Positions 8,409-18,533 of a stretch of 64,000 nucleotides of DNA are shown here, in pieces. The notes below the pieces were generated by a model, which ran no database searches, was not told the origin of the DNA, and worked only from the letters and a program-made list of their open reading frames with translations. The position numbers and the translations under genes were made by a program. The stretch's first letter is position 1. The number at the start of each line of letters is the position of its first letter. The stretch lies in NCBI GenBank assembly GCA_965660855.1, contig CBFIBM010000003.1:86382-150381 (forward strand), written 5' to 3'. This DNA comes from an uncultured bacterium (GTDB lineage: Bacteria > Fidelibacterota > Marinisomatia > Marinisomatales > UBA1611).

Positions 8409-9710
8409 GTGCACAAAATAATCTTTTTAAAAAGGCCTCTGAAAGGCCTTTTTTTGTATCTTGTTTGTCTATCTTTTACTCTGTCTTCACAAAAATATTA
8501 TCCTGAAATAGTTAAGGTTGAATTTGAAGGCAATATAAAAACCCTTGATTATATCATAAATAGAGAAATCCAACATCAAATAAATACAAAGTTAGATAGT
8601 GTAAAAGCTGAGCAGGACAGAAATAGAATTGAAAATTTAGGACTCTTTAGTCAAGTAGAGTGGAAAGTAATTCCGCTTGAAGATGGTACTGCCACCCTTA
8701 AATTTATCATCATCGAATCAATACAAAGAACCCCTCCATTTGCTCTACCAACATATGAAGAAGACACGGGTTGGTCACTTACGGGTTTTTATCTCATTAA
8801 TAATTTTAAAGGTAAAAATCAATCTTTAGTATTGGGAGGAAGTATTGGTGGAAAAGATACCTATGGGATACAATTTAGCGATCCTTGGGTTTTTGGTAAT
8901 CATGTTTCAATGAACTTTCAGTTTGGAAAAACTCTTTTTCAACATAGGTTTTTAAAAAAAAATCTAGAAGTAAATAGTTTTAATTTAAACTTTGGGAAAT
9001 GGTTTGGTGAGAAATTAAAAACACAATTAGGGATAGAGATTGAGAATAAAATATTTTTAGATAAAAATATAAATGACTCTTTTTTTTATTATTCTCCAAT
9101 ATTTACCGTTAGCTATGATACAAGAGATGTGTATTGGAATCCTAGTAGAGGTGTAATTATCTCTCAATATTTAATTAGAAAAAATGGTATAAATCCAAAA
9201 TCATTTAGTTTAACTCTATGGGATCAATCATATTCAATTTTCTATTCAAAAGAATTTTTCGATAAAAAAACTGTTTTTGCTTTTAATATAAGTTCAAAAG
9301 TAAAAAGTGGTAAAAAAGAAGAGATATGGTTGGATTATTTTGGGGGTCAAGCAACAGTTAGAGGGTGGGAAATTCCAGATTCTTCTTTATATTATTCAGG
9401 TTCAGAAGATTTTAGATTTGGCCATGAGTCTATTTATTCAAGTATTGAAATTAGAAGAGAGATTATACCAAAATATGCAACCTCCCTTAAAATTGAATTT
9501 GGGTTAGTGTTAGTATTTTTTACTGATATAGGATTTATAGCAAAAGATTTTAATGCTATAAATTATCAGGAACCTATTTCTGGAACCGGACTAGGTATAC
9601 GAATACCATTTCCAATTGTTAACGTTATAAGACTTGATTATGGTTGGGGTTTTTATAATAATAAATGGAACTTTGGTTCCTTACATTTTGGAATTGGACA
9701 AAAATTTTGA
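8409..9710 (+). CDS. Omp85/BamA-family outer-membrane protein (single POTRA plus surface-antigen barrel)
   Basis: POTRA-like N-terminus (VKVEFEGNIKTLDYIINREI...RIENLGLFSQVEW). Alternating beta-strand pattern throughout. C-terminal beta-signal ...GSLHFGIGQKF. GTG start. Confidence 0.7.
   Translation: MHKIIFLKRPLKGLFLYLVCLSFTLSSQKYYPEIVKVEFEGNIKTLDYIINREIQHQINTKLDSVKAEQDRNRIENLGLFSQVEWKVIPLEDGTATLKFIIIESIQRTPPFALPTYEEDTGWSLTGFYLINNFKGKNQSLVLGGSIGGKDTYGIQFSDPWVFGNHVSMNFQFGKTLFQHRFLKKNLEVNSFNLNFGKWFGEKLKTQLGIEIENKIFLDKNINDSFFYYSPIFTVSYDTRDVYWNPSRGVIISQYLIRKNGINPKSFSLTLWDQSYSIFYSKEFFDKKTVFAFNISSKVKSGKKEEIWLDYFGGQATVRGWEIPDSSLYYSGSEDFRFGHESIYSSIEIRREIIPKYATSLKIEFGLVLVFFTDIGFIAKDFNAINYQEPISGTGLGIRIPFPIVNVIRLDYGWGFYNNKWNFGSLHFGIGQKF
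8429..8455 (+). terminator. intrinsic-terminator-like hairpin inside the first codons of the Omp85 ORF
   Basis: AAAGGCC(8431-8437)-loop-GGCCTTT(8445-8451) running into 7 T. It lies 26 nt after the stop of the upstream gene. Confidence 0.5.
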
Positions 9711-9722
9711 CATATTAAAATT

Positions 9723-10316
9723 TTATGGCAGAGGGTTTTCTTTTGGTGCTAAAAGACCTCCAGAAATAATAGTCTTTAAACCTTTTTCAACTGACATTCC
9801 AGTAGATATCGTATCTTTTTGAGGTATCATTAAAAAAAAACCGGATGTTGGATTTGGCGTGGTGGGTACAAATAGATGATAAAAAGCTTCGCCTTGACTT
9901 GTTTTTGATTCTCCACTAATGAAAGCCATAGTCCATAATCCTTTTCTAGGGTATTGTATGTATACTGCTCCTTCAAATGCTTCAGTAGATCCTTTGGTAA
10001 AAGTATCAGTAATCTGCTTAAGTGTTGTATAAATGATATTCACTATAGGTACTTTTTTTACAATCTTTTCCCCTATCGCAAATATTTTACGTCCTAAAAA
10101 ATTTGTAACAAGTATCCCAAGGATATACACAAGGATAATAGTTAAAATTATTCCTAAGCCAGGAATATCAATATGTAGTTTTTTTAATAATGGTCCTGAA
10201 ATTTCTTCAAGAGTATTAAATAAAAATTTAATAACAAAAAAAGTTAAGTAAAGTGGAAGGAGTGTTGCGATACCAGCAAATAATTTTGATTTAAAGTATT
10301 TTGTGATTGAATTCAT
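9723..10316 (-). CDS. DUF502-family membrane protein
   Basis: Two N-terminal TM helices, then ...YPRKGLWTMAFISGE...FVPTTPNPTSGFFLMIPQKD, the conserved DUF502 core. Confidence 0.7.
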   Translation of the reverse strand: MNSITKYFKSKLFAGIATLLPLYLTFFVIKFLFNTLEEISGPLLKKLHIDIPGLGIILTIILVYILGILVTNFLGRKIFAIGEKIVKKVPIVNIIYTTLKQITDTFTKGSTEAFEGAVYIQYPRKGLWTMAFISGESKTSQGEAFYHLFVPTTPNPTSGFFLMIPQKDTISTGMSVEKGLKTIISGGLLAPKENPLP

Positions 10317-10336
10317 ATATAAAATTAAAAAATGTT

Positions 10337-10834
10337 TTATCTGAAAAAAAGATTATCGTTAATTAAGTGACCTTCATGTTCTAATAAATTCCTTTTGATC
10401 TTTTTTCCATAAGTGTAATTCCCAATTGACCCGTTCGATGGAACCACTCTATGGCATGGAATTAAAATTGGTATTGGGTTTAGATTATTAGCAGTTCCAA
10501 CAGCTCTGTATGCTTTTTTATTATTACAACTAATCGCAATTTCTTTATAAGAATTAAAAGTTCCATATGAAATTTTTCTAACACACATTAATACTTTTTG
10601 ATAAAAAAAAGGTAACTGAAGATCAATTGGGATGGTGAATTCTTTTCTCTTCCCATGAAAGTATTCATTTATTTGTTTAATGGCTTCATCAATAATCAGA
10701 TTATTTTTATTTAATTCTAGATCAGAAGTGTCATTTAATAGCTTTAAATTTCTAATGCCCCTTGAGCTAGAACATATGAAAAACCTCCCAAAGGTGGTTT
10801 TAAAAGTAGCTGAGCTTATTTTATCAGGAATCAA
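10337..10834 (-). CDS. ogt: methylated-DNA--protein-cysteine methyltransferase
   Basis: Active-site motif IPCHRVV, plus the YKEIA...RAVGTANNLNPIPILIPCHRV helix-turn-wing region. Confidence 0.85.
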   Translation of the reverse strand: MIPDKISSATFKTTFGRFFICSSSRGIRNLKLLNDTSDLELNKNNLIIDEAIKQINEYFHGKRKEFTIPIDLQLPFFYQKVLMCVRKISYGTFNSYKEIAISCNNKKAYRAVGTANNLNPIPILIPCHRVVPSNGSIGNYTYGKKIKRNLLEHEGHLINDNLFFR

Positions 10835-10872
10835 TGATAATCATAAAAGTTCTAATTAAAAAACAAGTTTTT

Positions 10873-11793
10873 CTACTTTGAATCCATATAAACTACCACA
10901 GGACTTGCTACGAAAATACTCGAATAAGTTCCAATTAAAACACCTATGATCATTGCAAATGAAAAGGTATGTATCACTTCTCCACCAAAAATAAATAAAA
11001 TTAAAACAACAAAAAAAGTGGTAATTGATGTAATAATTGTACGGCTCAAGGACTCATTGATACTCTTATTAATTGTGCTAATTATATTGGCATTTTTTGA
11101 AATTTTGACATTCTCGCGCACTCTATCAAATATTACAATAGTATCATTCAGAGAGTAGCCTACAATAGTTAAGAAGGCAGCTATTACAGCAAGGGATACT
11201 TCATATCCTAGTAATGAAAATACACCAAGTGTAATTAATACATCATGGGTTAAAGCTGCAATCGCTCCTAACGCATATTTAAATTCAAACCTGACAGAAA
11301 CATATATTAATATAAAAAATAGAGCACTTAATATAGCCATAAGAGCATCACTACTTAATTCAGCCCCAACTTTAGGACCTACCTTTTCAATTGAAAGAAC
11401 AAAGTTTTTCATATCCTGAGGAACTGAATTAGGGAAAATATCAGCCATTTTACTTGTAAATTTTTTTGTGAATTGTTCGGGTTCATTTTCCATACTTGCA
11501 ATCCTGACAGCTATATTTGATTTATCACCAAAATATTTAATTTCAGCATTACTAAAATTAAAGTTTTGACCATCTATAGATATTGAGCTTAGTTCTTCCC
11601 TGATTTTTTCAATATTTACTGTATCAGTATAATTTACTGCAATTAATGTTCCACCTTTAAAATCAATACTCAGTTTAGGGCCTCCATTTAAAATGATAGA
11701 TATGGTTCCTAAAAGTATTAATAAGACAGAAAATATTGTTGTAATATTTGTTTTTCCTAAAAAATCAATATTAGTGTTTTTTATAATTCTCAT
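10873..11793 (-). CDS. secF: protein translocase subunit SecF
   Basis: IDFKGGT start of the periplasmic domain. Six-TM SecDF core (GYSLNDTIVIFDRVREN). Directly downstream of secD with a 1-nt gap. Confidence 0.9.
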   Translation of the reverse strand: MRIIKNTNIDFLGKTNITTIFSVLLILLGTISIILNGGPKLSIDFKGGTLIAVNYTDTVNIEKIREELSSISIDGQNFNFSNAEIKYFGDKSNIAVRIASMENEPEQFTKKFTSKMADIFPNSVPQDMKNFVLSIEKVGPKVGAELSSDALMAILSALFFILIYVSVRFEFKYALGAIAALTHDVLITLGVFSLLGYEVSLAVIAAFLTIVGYSLNDTIVIFDRVRENVKISKNANIISTINKSINESLSRTIITSITTFFVVLILFIFGGEVIHTFSFAMIIGVLIGTYSSIFVASPVVVYMDSK

Positions 11794-11794
11794 T

Positions 11795-13696
11795 TTAAAT
11801 ACTCAAGTTTGAAAGTGATTTACGTGAAACGTATGTATTGAAAATTGTTCTTGTAATAAAAACTGCAGTAAACATGCTAATTAAAATTCCCCAAAATAAT
11901 ACAGTAGCAAATCCTTTTATTGGACCTGTTCCAAATTGATAGAGTACAAGCGAAGCGATTAATGTTGTGACATTTGCATCAATTATGGTAGTAATTGCTC
12001 TATTATAACCAGAGTCTATTGCTGTTTTTGCAGTTTTACCTTTTCTCAATTCTTCTCTTATTCTTTCAAATATTATAACATTGGCATCAATAGACATTCC
12101 TACAGTTAAAATTAATCCGGCAATACCTGGTAGTGTTAATGTTGCTTGCAATGACGCTAGTACAGCCAGAACTAAAAGTATATTCCAAATTAGTGCAAAA
12201 TTTGCAATTAGACCTGAAAGCTTATAGTAAAATAGAATAAATATTAAAACTATAGTTAGACCTAATAAAACAGCTTGCGTACCTTGCTTAATGGAATCTG
12301 CACCAAGACTAGGACCTACTATTCTCTCCTCAATGATATTAACTGGAGCGGGTAATGCACCTGCTCTTAAAATGATAGCTAGATCTTTTGCCTCCGAAAT
12401 GTTTGCAAATCCTTCTATTTGAGTCCTACCGCTTGGTATTTTTTCACGTATTGAAGGCGCCATGTGGACTTTTTTATCAAGAACAATTGCTATTCTCTCT
12501 CCAATATTTGCTCCTGTAACTCGAGACCATGTTCTGGAACCATCATTATTCATTGATAAGGAGACAACAGCTTGGCCTGCAGATCCAGTTCCAAGGCCTC
12601 CTAAATCAGCACGAGCTTCCTCTACAATCCCACCAGTCAATTCAGGTTTACTCTCTAGGTAGTAGAGCTTATAAAATTTTTCTGCTGAATTATTAGTAGT
12701 TCTCTCACTGTTTTGATTTAAAAGAAATTGTCCATTTGAATTTCCTAATCTAGTTTGAATATCTGGTATGGCTAATAGTTTTTTTAATGCGTAAATATTA
12801 TTCTCGGAAATAGCAATATCTCCAGATAGAGAAGTCAGAAGGCTTGAGAATGGAGCATCTATTGATTGTTGTTCTGCATCATCCATTGAATTAGTATCAC
12901 TAGTGTTTTCTACTTCACCAAATAATTCTGTAACTGATGTTACCTCTTCTTCGGGTTTTTCATCAATGGATGAAGTAGACAATGACTCATTAGATTTTTC
13001 AGTTTCTTTAATTTTAATGATATCATCTCTTCCTTTGAGAAGGTTATCTATTTGTGAAATCATTTCATTTGTCACAGAAGTGTTTTTAACCAAATAGAAT
13101 TCTAATAATGCTGTACTTTGCAGGAGTGCTCTTGCTCTTTCCGAATCTTGAATACCAGCAAGTTCCACAACGATACGATGTTTTCCTTGCTTTTGAATAG
13201 TAGGTTCAGAGACACCAAATTGGTCAACCCTATTTTGTAATATTTCAAGCACACGATTAATTGCATCATCTGCTTCTTCTTTTAGGGATGATAAAATATC
13301 GTCAAGAGAAGATCCATATTCATGGTAATACCTGGAAAGCTTAATTCCATCTGATTTCACATTTTTTTCAAAAGCTGTAAAAAAATCAACTTCGGGATCT
13401 ATTGATTCAACTTTTGCATCATTAATTATTTTTTTTAACCTATCATCTTCTAAAGTTGCAATATTTGCTAAAAGAGTTGGAATGTCTGCTTCAAGAACAA
13501 TGTACATTCCTCCTTTGAGGTCTAAACCCTGTTTAATAATTTTAGATTCAATTTTATTTAGTTCACCAGTAGTGCGTAAATCTTCTTTCTCATCTTCTGT
13601 TAATTTTTGATATTCCCATGTTGGCAAAAGAGAATAAATAGCCCATGTTAAAATCAATAAAATGATTAGGTATCTAGGTGTTAAGTTTTTTTGCAT
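11795..13696 (-). CDS. secD: protein translocase subunit SecD
   Basis: LGLDLKGGM, large periplasmic P1 domain, and C-terminal TM core GMSIDANVIIFERIREE. Confidence 0.9.
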   Translation of the reverse strand: MQKNLTPRYLIILLILTWAIYSLLPTWEYQKLTEDEKEDLRTTGELNKIESKIIKQGLDLKGGMYIVLEADIPTLLANIATLEDDRLKKIINDAKVESIDPEVDFFTAFEKNVKSDGIKLSRYYHEYGSSLDDILSSLKEEADDAINRVLEILQNRVDQFGVSEPTIQKQGKHRIVVELAGIQDSERARALLQSTALLEFYLVKNTSVTNEMISQIDNLLKGRDDIIKIKETEKSNESLSTSSIDEKPEEEVTSVTELFGEVENTSDTNSMDDAEQQSIDAPFSSLLTSLSGDIAISENNIYALKKLLAIPDIQTRLGNSNGQFLLNQNSERTTNNSAEKFYKLYYLESKPELTGGIVEEARADLGGLGTGSAGQAVVSLSMNNDGSRTWSRVTGANIGERIAIVLDKKVHMAPSIREKIPSGRTQIEGFANISEAKDLAIILRAGALPAPVNIIEERIVGPSLGADSIKQGTQAVLLGLTIVLIFILFYYKLSGLIANFALIWNILLVLAVLASLQATLTLPGIAGLILTVGMSIDANVIIFERIREELRKGKTAKTAIDSGYNRAITTIIDANVTTLIASLVLYQFGTGPIKGFATVLFWGILISMFTAVFITRTIFNTYVSRKSLSNLSI

Positions 13697-13784
13697 GTTA
13701 ATTTTATATTTTATGTCTAAAAAAAGTTGGTTAATATACTTCCAGCGTATTTAGTCTGGCAAGTGATCAGCTAATCTATTTATT

Positions 13785-14975
13785 CTAAATAATATTTAAT
13801 TTATTTCCTACGTTTTTAAAAGCAGTTATAGCGCTATCAAGGTGCTTTTTTTCCATAGCTGCAGATATTTGAATTCGAATTCTTGCCTGATTTTTCGGAA
13901 CTACAGGGTAAGTAAAACCAACAACGTATATCCCTTCCTTTAACATCTCTTTTGCCATTTTTTTTGCAATTGAAGCATCATAGAGCATAATAGGTACAAT
14001 AGGGTGTATACCTTCAATAATATCGAAGCCTATATTTTTCATTTCTTTTCTAAAATAATTAGTGTTTTTTTCTAATTTATTTTTTAAAGAGTTATCAGAG
14101 CAAATTAGTTCAAATACCTTATTTCCTGCACATATAATGCTGGGTGATACAGTGTTTGAGAATAAATAGGGTCTTGACTTTTGCCTTAGAAGATCAATTA
14201 AACTTTTTGATCCAGTTGTAAATCCACCAGATGCCCCTCCAAGTGCTTTCCCAAGAGTTGATGTCCAGATATCTATTTTATCCATTACATTATGATGCTC
14301 TGCAGATCCTTTACCTGTCCTTCCAATAAAGCCAGTAGCGTGACTATCATCAACCATCACTAAGGCATTATATTTATCTGCTAGAAATGTAATCTCATCA
14401 AGTTTTGCAATTTCTCCATCCATTGAGAAAACACCATCTGTAGCTATCATTTTAATTCTAGCCTTATTTGCAGCAATTAGTTTTTTTTCTAGGTCATCCA
14501 TATCATTGTGAACATATCGAAGACGTTGTGCTTTACAGAGACGAATTCCATCGATAATTGATGCATGGTTTAAACTATCAGAGATAATAGCATCCTCAGA
14601 GTCAAGTATGGTTTCAAACAATCCACTATTCGCATCAAAACATGAAGAATATAAAATAGTATCATCTGTCTCAAAAAAATTTGAAATTTTAGATTCTAAT
14701 TTTTTATGTATGTTTTGAGTACCACAAATAAATCGGACTGAGGCCATTCCAAAGCCGTAGAAGTCCAAAGCTTCTTTTGCCGCATTAATTAAATCTTGAT
14801 TATTGGCTAATCCTAAATAATTGTTCGAGCAGAAATTTAGTACTTTTCTATTTTTATCAATAAGTATCTCAATTCCTTGCGCTGAAAAAATAGGGGTTTC
14901 AATTTTTATGAGTCCAGAATCTTCAATTTGTTGAATGTATTTTTGAAAGTAACTAGACGAATGTTTTATTCCCAT
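13785..14975 (-). CDS. kbl: glycine C-acetyltransferase (2-amino-3-ketobutyrate CoA ligase)
   Basis: Alpha-oxoamine synthase PLP fold (NNYLGLA, DDSHATGF, TLGKALGGASGG with the PLP Lys). Paired with tdh. The ATG at 14975 is preferred over the track start at 14996. Confidence 0.85.
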   Translation of the reverse strand: MGIKHSSSYFQKYIQQIEDSGLIKIETPIFSAQGIEILIDKNRKVLNFCSNNYLGLANNQDLINAAKEALDFYGFGMASVRFICGTQNIHKKLESKISNFFETDDTILYSSCFDANSGLFETILDSEDAIISDSLNHASIIDGIRLCKAQRLRYVHNDMDDLEKKLIAANKARIKMIATDGVFSMDGEIAKLDEITFLADKYNALVMVDDSHATGFIGRTGKGSAEHHNVMDKIDIWTSTLGKALGGASGGFTTGSKSLIDLLRQKSRPYLFSNTVSPSIICAGNKVFELICSDNSLKNKLEKNTNYFRKEMKNIGFDIIEGIHPIVPIMLYDASIAKKMAKEMLKEGIYVVGFTYPVVPKNQARIRIQISAAMEKKHLDSAITAFKNVGNKLNII

Positions 14976-15991
14976 AATAAAACAACTTTTCCACATTTTC
15001 CAGATTGAATCACGTCAAACGCAGACTTATAGTCATCAATTAAAAATTTGTGTGTTAATACTTTGGAAATATCTAGACCACTTCGAATCATTTGAGTCAT
15101 TTTGTACCAAGTTTCAAACATTTCTCTTCCATAAATACCCTTAATATTTAATCCTTTGAAAATAACATCGTCCCAATTAATCTGTGTATTATTTGGAAGA
15201 AGTCCCAGGAGAGCGACTCTACCTCCATTATACATATTTTTAATTAGATCATTAAATGCATTCGAATTCCCTGACATTTCTAAACCAATATCAAAACCAT
15301 TGGTGATATTTAATTCCTTGTAACAATCTATAATACTATTATTCTTAACATTAATTGCTTTTGTAGCACCCAGATTTTTTGCAAGATTTAATCTAAAGTT
15401 ATTTGTATCTGTAATTACAATATTTCTTGCTCCAACAAATTTACATATTGCAACAGACATAATACCAATTGGACCTGCACCAGTAATCAAAACGTCTTCT
15501 CCAACCATTTCATATGATAAAGTTGCATGTGCAGCATTACCATATGGGTCAAAAAAAGATGCAATTTCTGATGAAATTTCATCATGGACGCGCCATACAT
15601 TTGATTCTGGAATAACTAGATATTCCGCAAATGCACCATCCCTGTGTATCCCAATTCCTACAGTCTTTTGACATAGGTGTGTTTTTCCAGCTCTACAATT
15701 TCTGCAATTACCGCATGTAATATGGCCTTCTCCTGAAACCCTATCACCAATTTTATAATGTGTAACACCTCTACCAATCTCAGAAACTATCCCACAGAAT
15801 TCATGGCCAATTACTAATGGTGTTTTTATAGTTCGTTGTGCCCATTCATCCCACTCAAAAATATGAAGATCCGTTCCACAAATCGAGGTATGGGTAATTT
15901 TTATTTTTACTTCATTTGTTCCACAAACTGGCTCGCGGATATTTTCTAACCAAATTCCCTTTGTAGGATTCTTTTTAACTAGAGCTTTCAT
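14966..15991 (-). CDS. tdh: L-threonine 3-dehydrogenase (Zn-dependent MDR family)
   Basis: ICGTDLH, GHEFCG, structural-zinc CGNCRNCRAGKTHLC, and NAD motif ITGAGPIG. Operon with kbl. Confidence 0.85.
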   Translation of the reverse strand: MKALVKKNPTKGIWLENIREPVCGTNEVKIKITHTSICGTDLHIFEWDEWAQRTIKTPLVIGHEFCGIVSEIGRGVTHYKIGDRVSGEGHITCGNCRNCRAGKTHLCQKTVGIGIHRDGAFAEYLVIPESNVWRVHDEISSEIASFFDPYGNAAHATLSYEMVGEDVLITGAGPIGIMSVAICKFVGARNIVITDTNNFRLNLAKNLGATKAINVKNNSIIDCYKELNITNGFDIGLEMSGNSNAFNDLIKNMYNGGRVALLGLLPNNTQINWDDVIFKGLNIKGIYGREMFETWYKMTQMIRSGLDISKVLTHKFLIDDYKSAFDVIQSGKCGKVVLLWE

Positions 15992-16109
15992 TTTATATCA
16001 TGAATTTCATACACCAATATTAATATTTAAATTTAGAAATAATAATAAATGAATTAGTTTCAAACCTTACATACATTTAAAAAATATTAATTAGGATGGT
16101 TTTCTTTTA

Positions 16110-16874
16110 ATGGCAAAAGTTTTAGCATTTACAAATCAAAAAGGTGGTGTTGGGAAAACTACATCTGCAGTTAACGTGGCTTTAAGTATGGCTGTAACTG
16201 AGGTTCGTACATTGTTGATTGACCTTGACCCGCAAGCGAATGCTTCAACTGGACTTTCGACCCTTTTTGATGATGCAAAGGGTTCAGTCTATGACATACT
16301 TTTAAAAGGAAATGGAATAAAAAAAGCGATAACAAAGACATCTTTTAGTTATTTAGATTTAATTTGTTCTACAAATGATCTTGTTGGTGCAGAGATAGAA
16401 TTGGTAAGCATTATGGCAAGAGAATTTCAACTTCAGAAGGCTTTAAAAGATGTCAGTGAAGAATATGATATTATTATTATAGACTGTCCCCCATCTCTAG
16501 GATTATTAACTTTGAATGCATTTACTGCGGCAAATTCTTTGGTGATACCAATTCAATGCGAATATTATGCTTTGGAAGGTCTTGGCCAATTATTGAATAC
16601 CGTTAGATTGGTTCAAAGGCACTTAAATAAAAAGTTGGAAATAGTTGGAATAATTATGACAATGTACGATGGAAGATTAAACCTTTCTAAGCAAGTTGTA
16701 AAAGAAGTAGATAGCTTTTTTAAGGATAAGTTATTCAAAACATTTATCCATAGAAATGTGAGGCTTAGCGAGGCTCCAAGTTTTGGAAAACCTGTACTAT
16801 TATACGATGCTAACTCTACAGGAGCGCAAAATTATATGAACCTTACTGAGGAGATTCTACAGCGTGTCAGTTAA
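16110..16874 (+). CDS. parA: chromosome partitioning ATPase ParA/Soj
   Basis: Deviant Walker A NQKGGVGKTT and DCPPSLG. Confidence 0.9.
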   Translation: MAKVLAFTNQKGGVGKTTSAVNVALSMAVTEVRTLLIDLDPQANASTGLSTLFDDAKGSVYDILLKGNGIKKAITKTSFSYLDLICSTNDLVGAEIELVSIMAREFQLQKALKDVSEEYDIIIIDCPPSLGLLTLNAFTAANSLVIPIQCEYYALEGLGQLLNTVRLVQRHLNKKLEIVGIIMTMYDGRLNLSKQVVKEVDSFFKDKLFKTFIHRNVRLSEAPSFGKPVLLYDANSTGAQNYMNLTEEILQRVS

Positions 16875-17742
16875 TAGACTTGGTAAAGGGCTTGAAGCAT
16901 TGATAAGGTCAGACTCGAGCAATGATTTGGATAATAAGCTTTATAAAGATTCTCCCCGAAGTGGAGTTTCTAAGATTAAAATAAAAGATATAAAAGCTAA
17001 TCCTAATCAACCTAGGAGGCTTTTTGATGATGAGAAACTTAATGAGTTAGTAAGTTCCATAAGAGATAAAGGAATTATAACACCAATAACTGTAAGAAAA
17101 ATTAAAATAGGCTATGAACTTATTGCCGGAGAAAGACGATGGCGAGCATCAAAAAAAGCTAATTTGAAATTAATACCTGCATACATAATTGATGTAAAAA
17201 ACCAGTCTGACATTATGGAATTAGCTCTAATAGAAAATATTCAACGTGAAAATTTAAATCCCATTGAAGAATCAGAGGCATATGAAGTTTTACATAAGAA
17301 GTATAAAATGTCACATGAATCTATAGCAAATTCAATTGGAAAAGGTAGAGCTTCAATTTCAAACTCCTTGAGATTGTTACAACTTCCTCTTAATATAAGA
17401 AATAGTCTGCGTTCTGGGGAAATTTCATCTGGGCATGCCAGAGCAATATTGCAAGCAAAAACAATAAAAAAAATGAACAAGATTTGGAATAAAATCAAAA
17501 TAAATAATTTGAGCGTGAGGCAAGCAGAACAATTAGTGAAAAATGAGATTTTGCCAAAAAAAAATAAGAAAAAATATAAATATGTAGATGCTGAAATCAT
17601 AAATTTAGAAAATAAACTTATTGAATCTCTTGGAACAAAAGTAAAAATAATTCCTGGGAAAAATGGTGGTCGATTTGAAGTTTCTTATTTTTCTAATGAT
17701 GATTTAATTAGAATCTTTGATTTAATTAATAAAGAGAACTAA
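16864..17742 (+). CDS. parB: chromosome partitioning protein ParB/Spo0J
   Basis: NPNQPRR box, ELIAGERRWRA arginine patch and HTH region. Overlaps parA by 11 nt. Confidence 0.9.
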   Translation: MSVNRLGKGLEALIRSDSSNDLDNKLYKDSPRSGVSKIKIKDIKANPNQPRRLFDDEKLNELVSSIRDKGIITPITVRKIKIGYELIAGERRWRASKKANLKLIPAYIIDVKNQSDIMELALIENIQRENLNPIEESEAYEVLHKKYKMSHESIANSIGKGRASISNSLRLLQLPLNIRNSLRSGEISSGHARAILQAKTIKKMNKIWNKIKINNLSVRQAEQLVKNEILPKKNKKKYKYVDAEIINLENKLIESLGTKVKIIPGKNGGRFEVSYFSNDDLIRIFDLINKEN

Positions 17743-17744
17743 AC

Positions 17745-18533
17745 TTGTTCAAGCCAAAGAAATATACAGTCATGATTATTCCTGATGATGATTCTAAGTC
17801 AAGGACATTTTATATTTCAAAAAACAAAGCAAAATTAATATTCTCATTTTTTTGCTTTTCTTTTATAATATGCTTGATCTTGATAACTTTCTCAGTTCAA
17901 AATATTTCAGACTACAGAAATATGAAATCAAAATTCCTTGATTTTTCAGCTGAAAGATTAAAAGTTTTAGAGTTGACTAGGGATTTAGAAAGAATCCAGC
18001 AAATGGATGCTTTAATTAGAAAATCATTAAGTGCATCATTGAAAATTGATTCAATAAAACCTAATTTTGATTCTTTACAAAAAAATTTGAATTCTAACTT
18101 AGAAATATCTTACTTAGAGAATATTCCTTCTTTTCCGCCAATAGAGGGGTATGTAAGCCAAAAATCAGGGGGAGATGGATTTTTTGTTATCAAGAGTCAT
18201 GATGGTATTGATATAGTTTCTAAAGAAGGGGAGCCGATCTCCGCAGCAGCTTCTGGAGTTGTTGTCTTTTCTGGTTGGACATATGAATTTGGAAATCAAA
18301 TTATTTTATATCATGGTAATGATTACTTTACTCATTATGGTCATAATCTTCAAAATTTGAAAAATCAGCGTGAATTTGTTAAAAGAGGTGAAACAATTGC
18401 ACTCGTTGGAAGTACAGGCATTTCATCAGGTCCACATTTACACTTTGAGGTTTGGAAAAAATTTGATTCAATGGATCCTCTATTATTTTTCCCAGAATAT
18501 TCAAATATGGATTTAACTTCAAGCGATGAGTAA
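17745..18533 (+). CDS. M23/LytM-family metallopeptidase with N-terminal TM anchor
   Basis: HDGIDI ... GSTGISSGPHLHFEVW (HxxxD and HxH zinc motifs). TM segment FSFFCFSFIICLILITF. Confidence 0.8.
   Translation: MFKPKKYTVMIIPDDDSKSRTFYISKNKAKLIFSFFCFSFIICLILITFSVQNISDYRNMKSKFLDFSAERLKVLELTRDLERIQQMDALIRKSLSASLKIDSIKPNFDSLQKNLNSNLEISYLENIPSFPPIEGYVSQKSGGDGFFVIKSHDGIDIVSKEGEPISAAASGVVVFSGWTYEFGNQIILYHGNDYFTHYGHNLQNLKNQREFVKRGETIALVGSTGISSGPHLHFEVWKKFDSMDPLLFFPEYSNMDLTSSDE

Noticed and set aside
17241-17600. 119-aa ORF antisense to parB, and comparable antisense or out-of-frame ORFs elsewhere
   Set aside because: All are nested within stronger, family-assignable genes and have Phe/Leu/Ile/Lys-rich translations typical of AT-rich non-coding frames. 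None has an RBS or any motif. The other ORFs are 2294-2524, 3329-3514, 6321-6533, 9307-9507, 9634-9822, 10033-10251, 10946-11158, 12462-12662, 12903-13097, 19374-19706, 20212-20472, 24105-24344, 26729-27091, 27455-27649, 27738-28025, 31429-31809, 32055-32536, 37685-38485, 40397-40787, 42525-42800, 44216-44407, 46609-46803, 48677-48886, 51905-52129, 53376-53636, 56102-56590, 60362-60607, 62299-62526 and 62645-63094.
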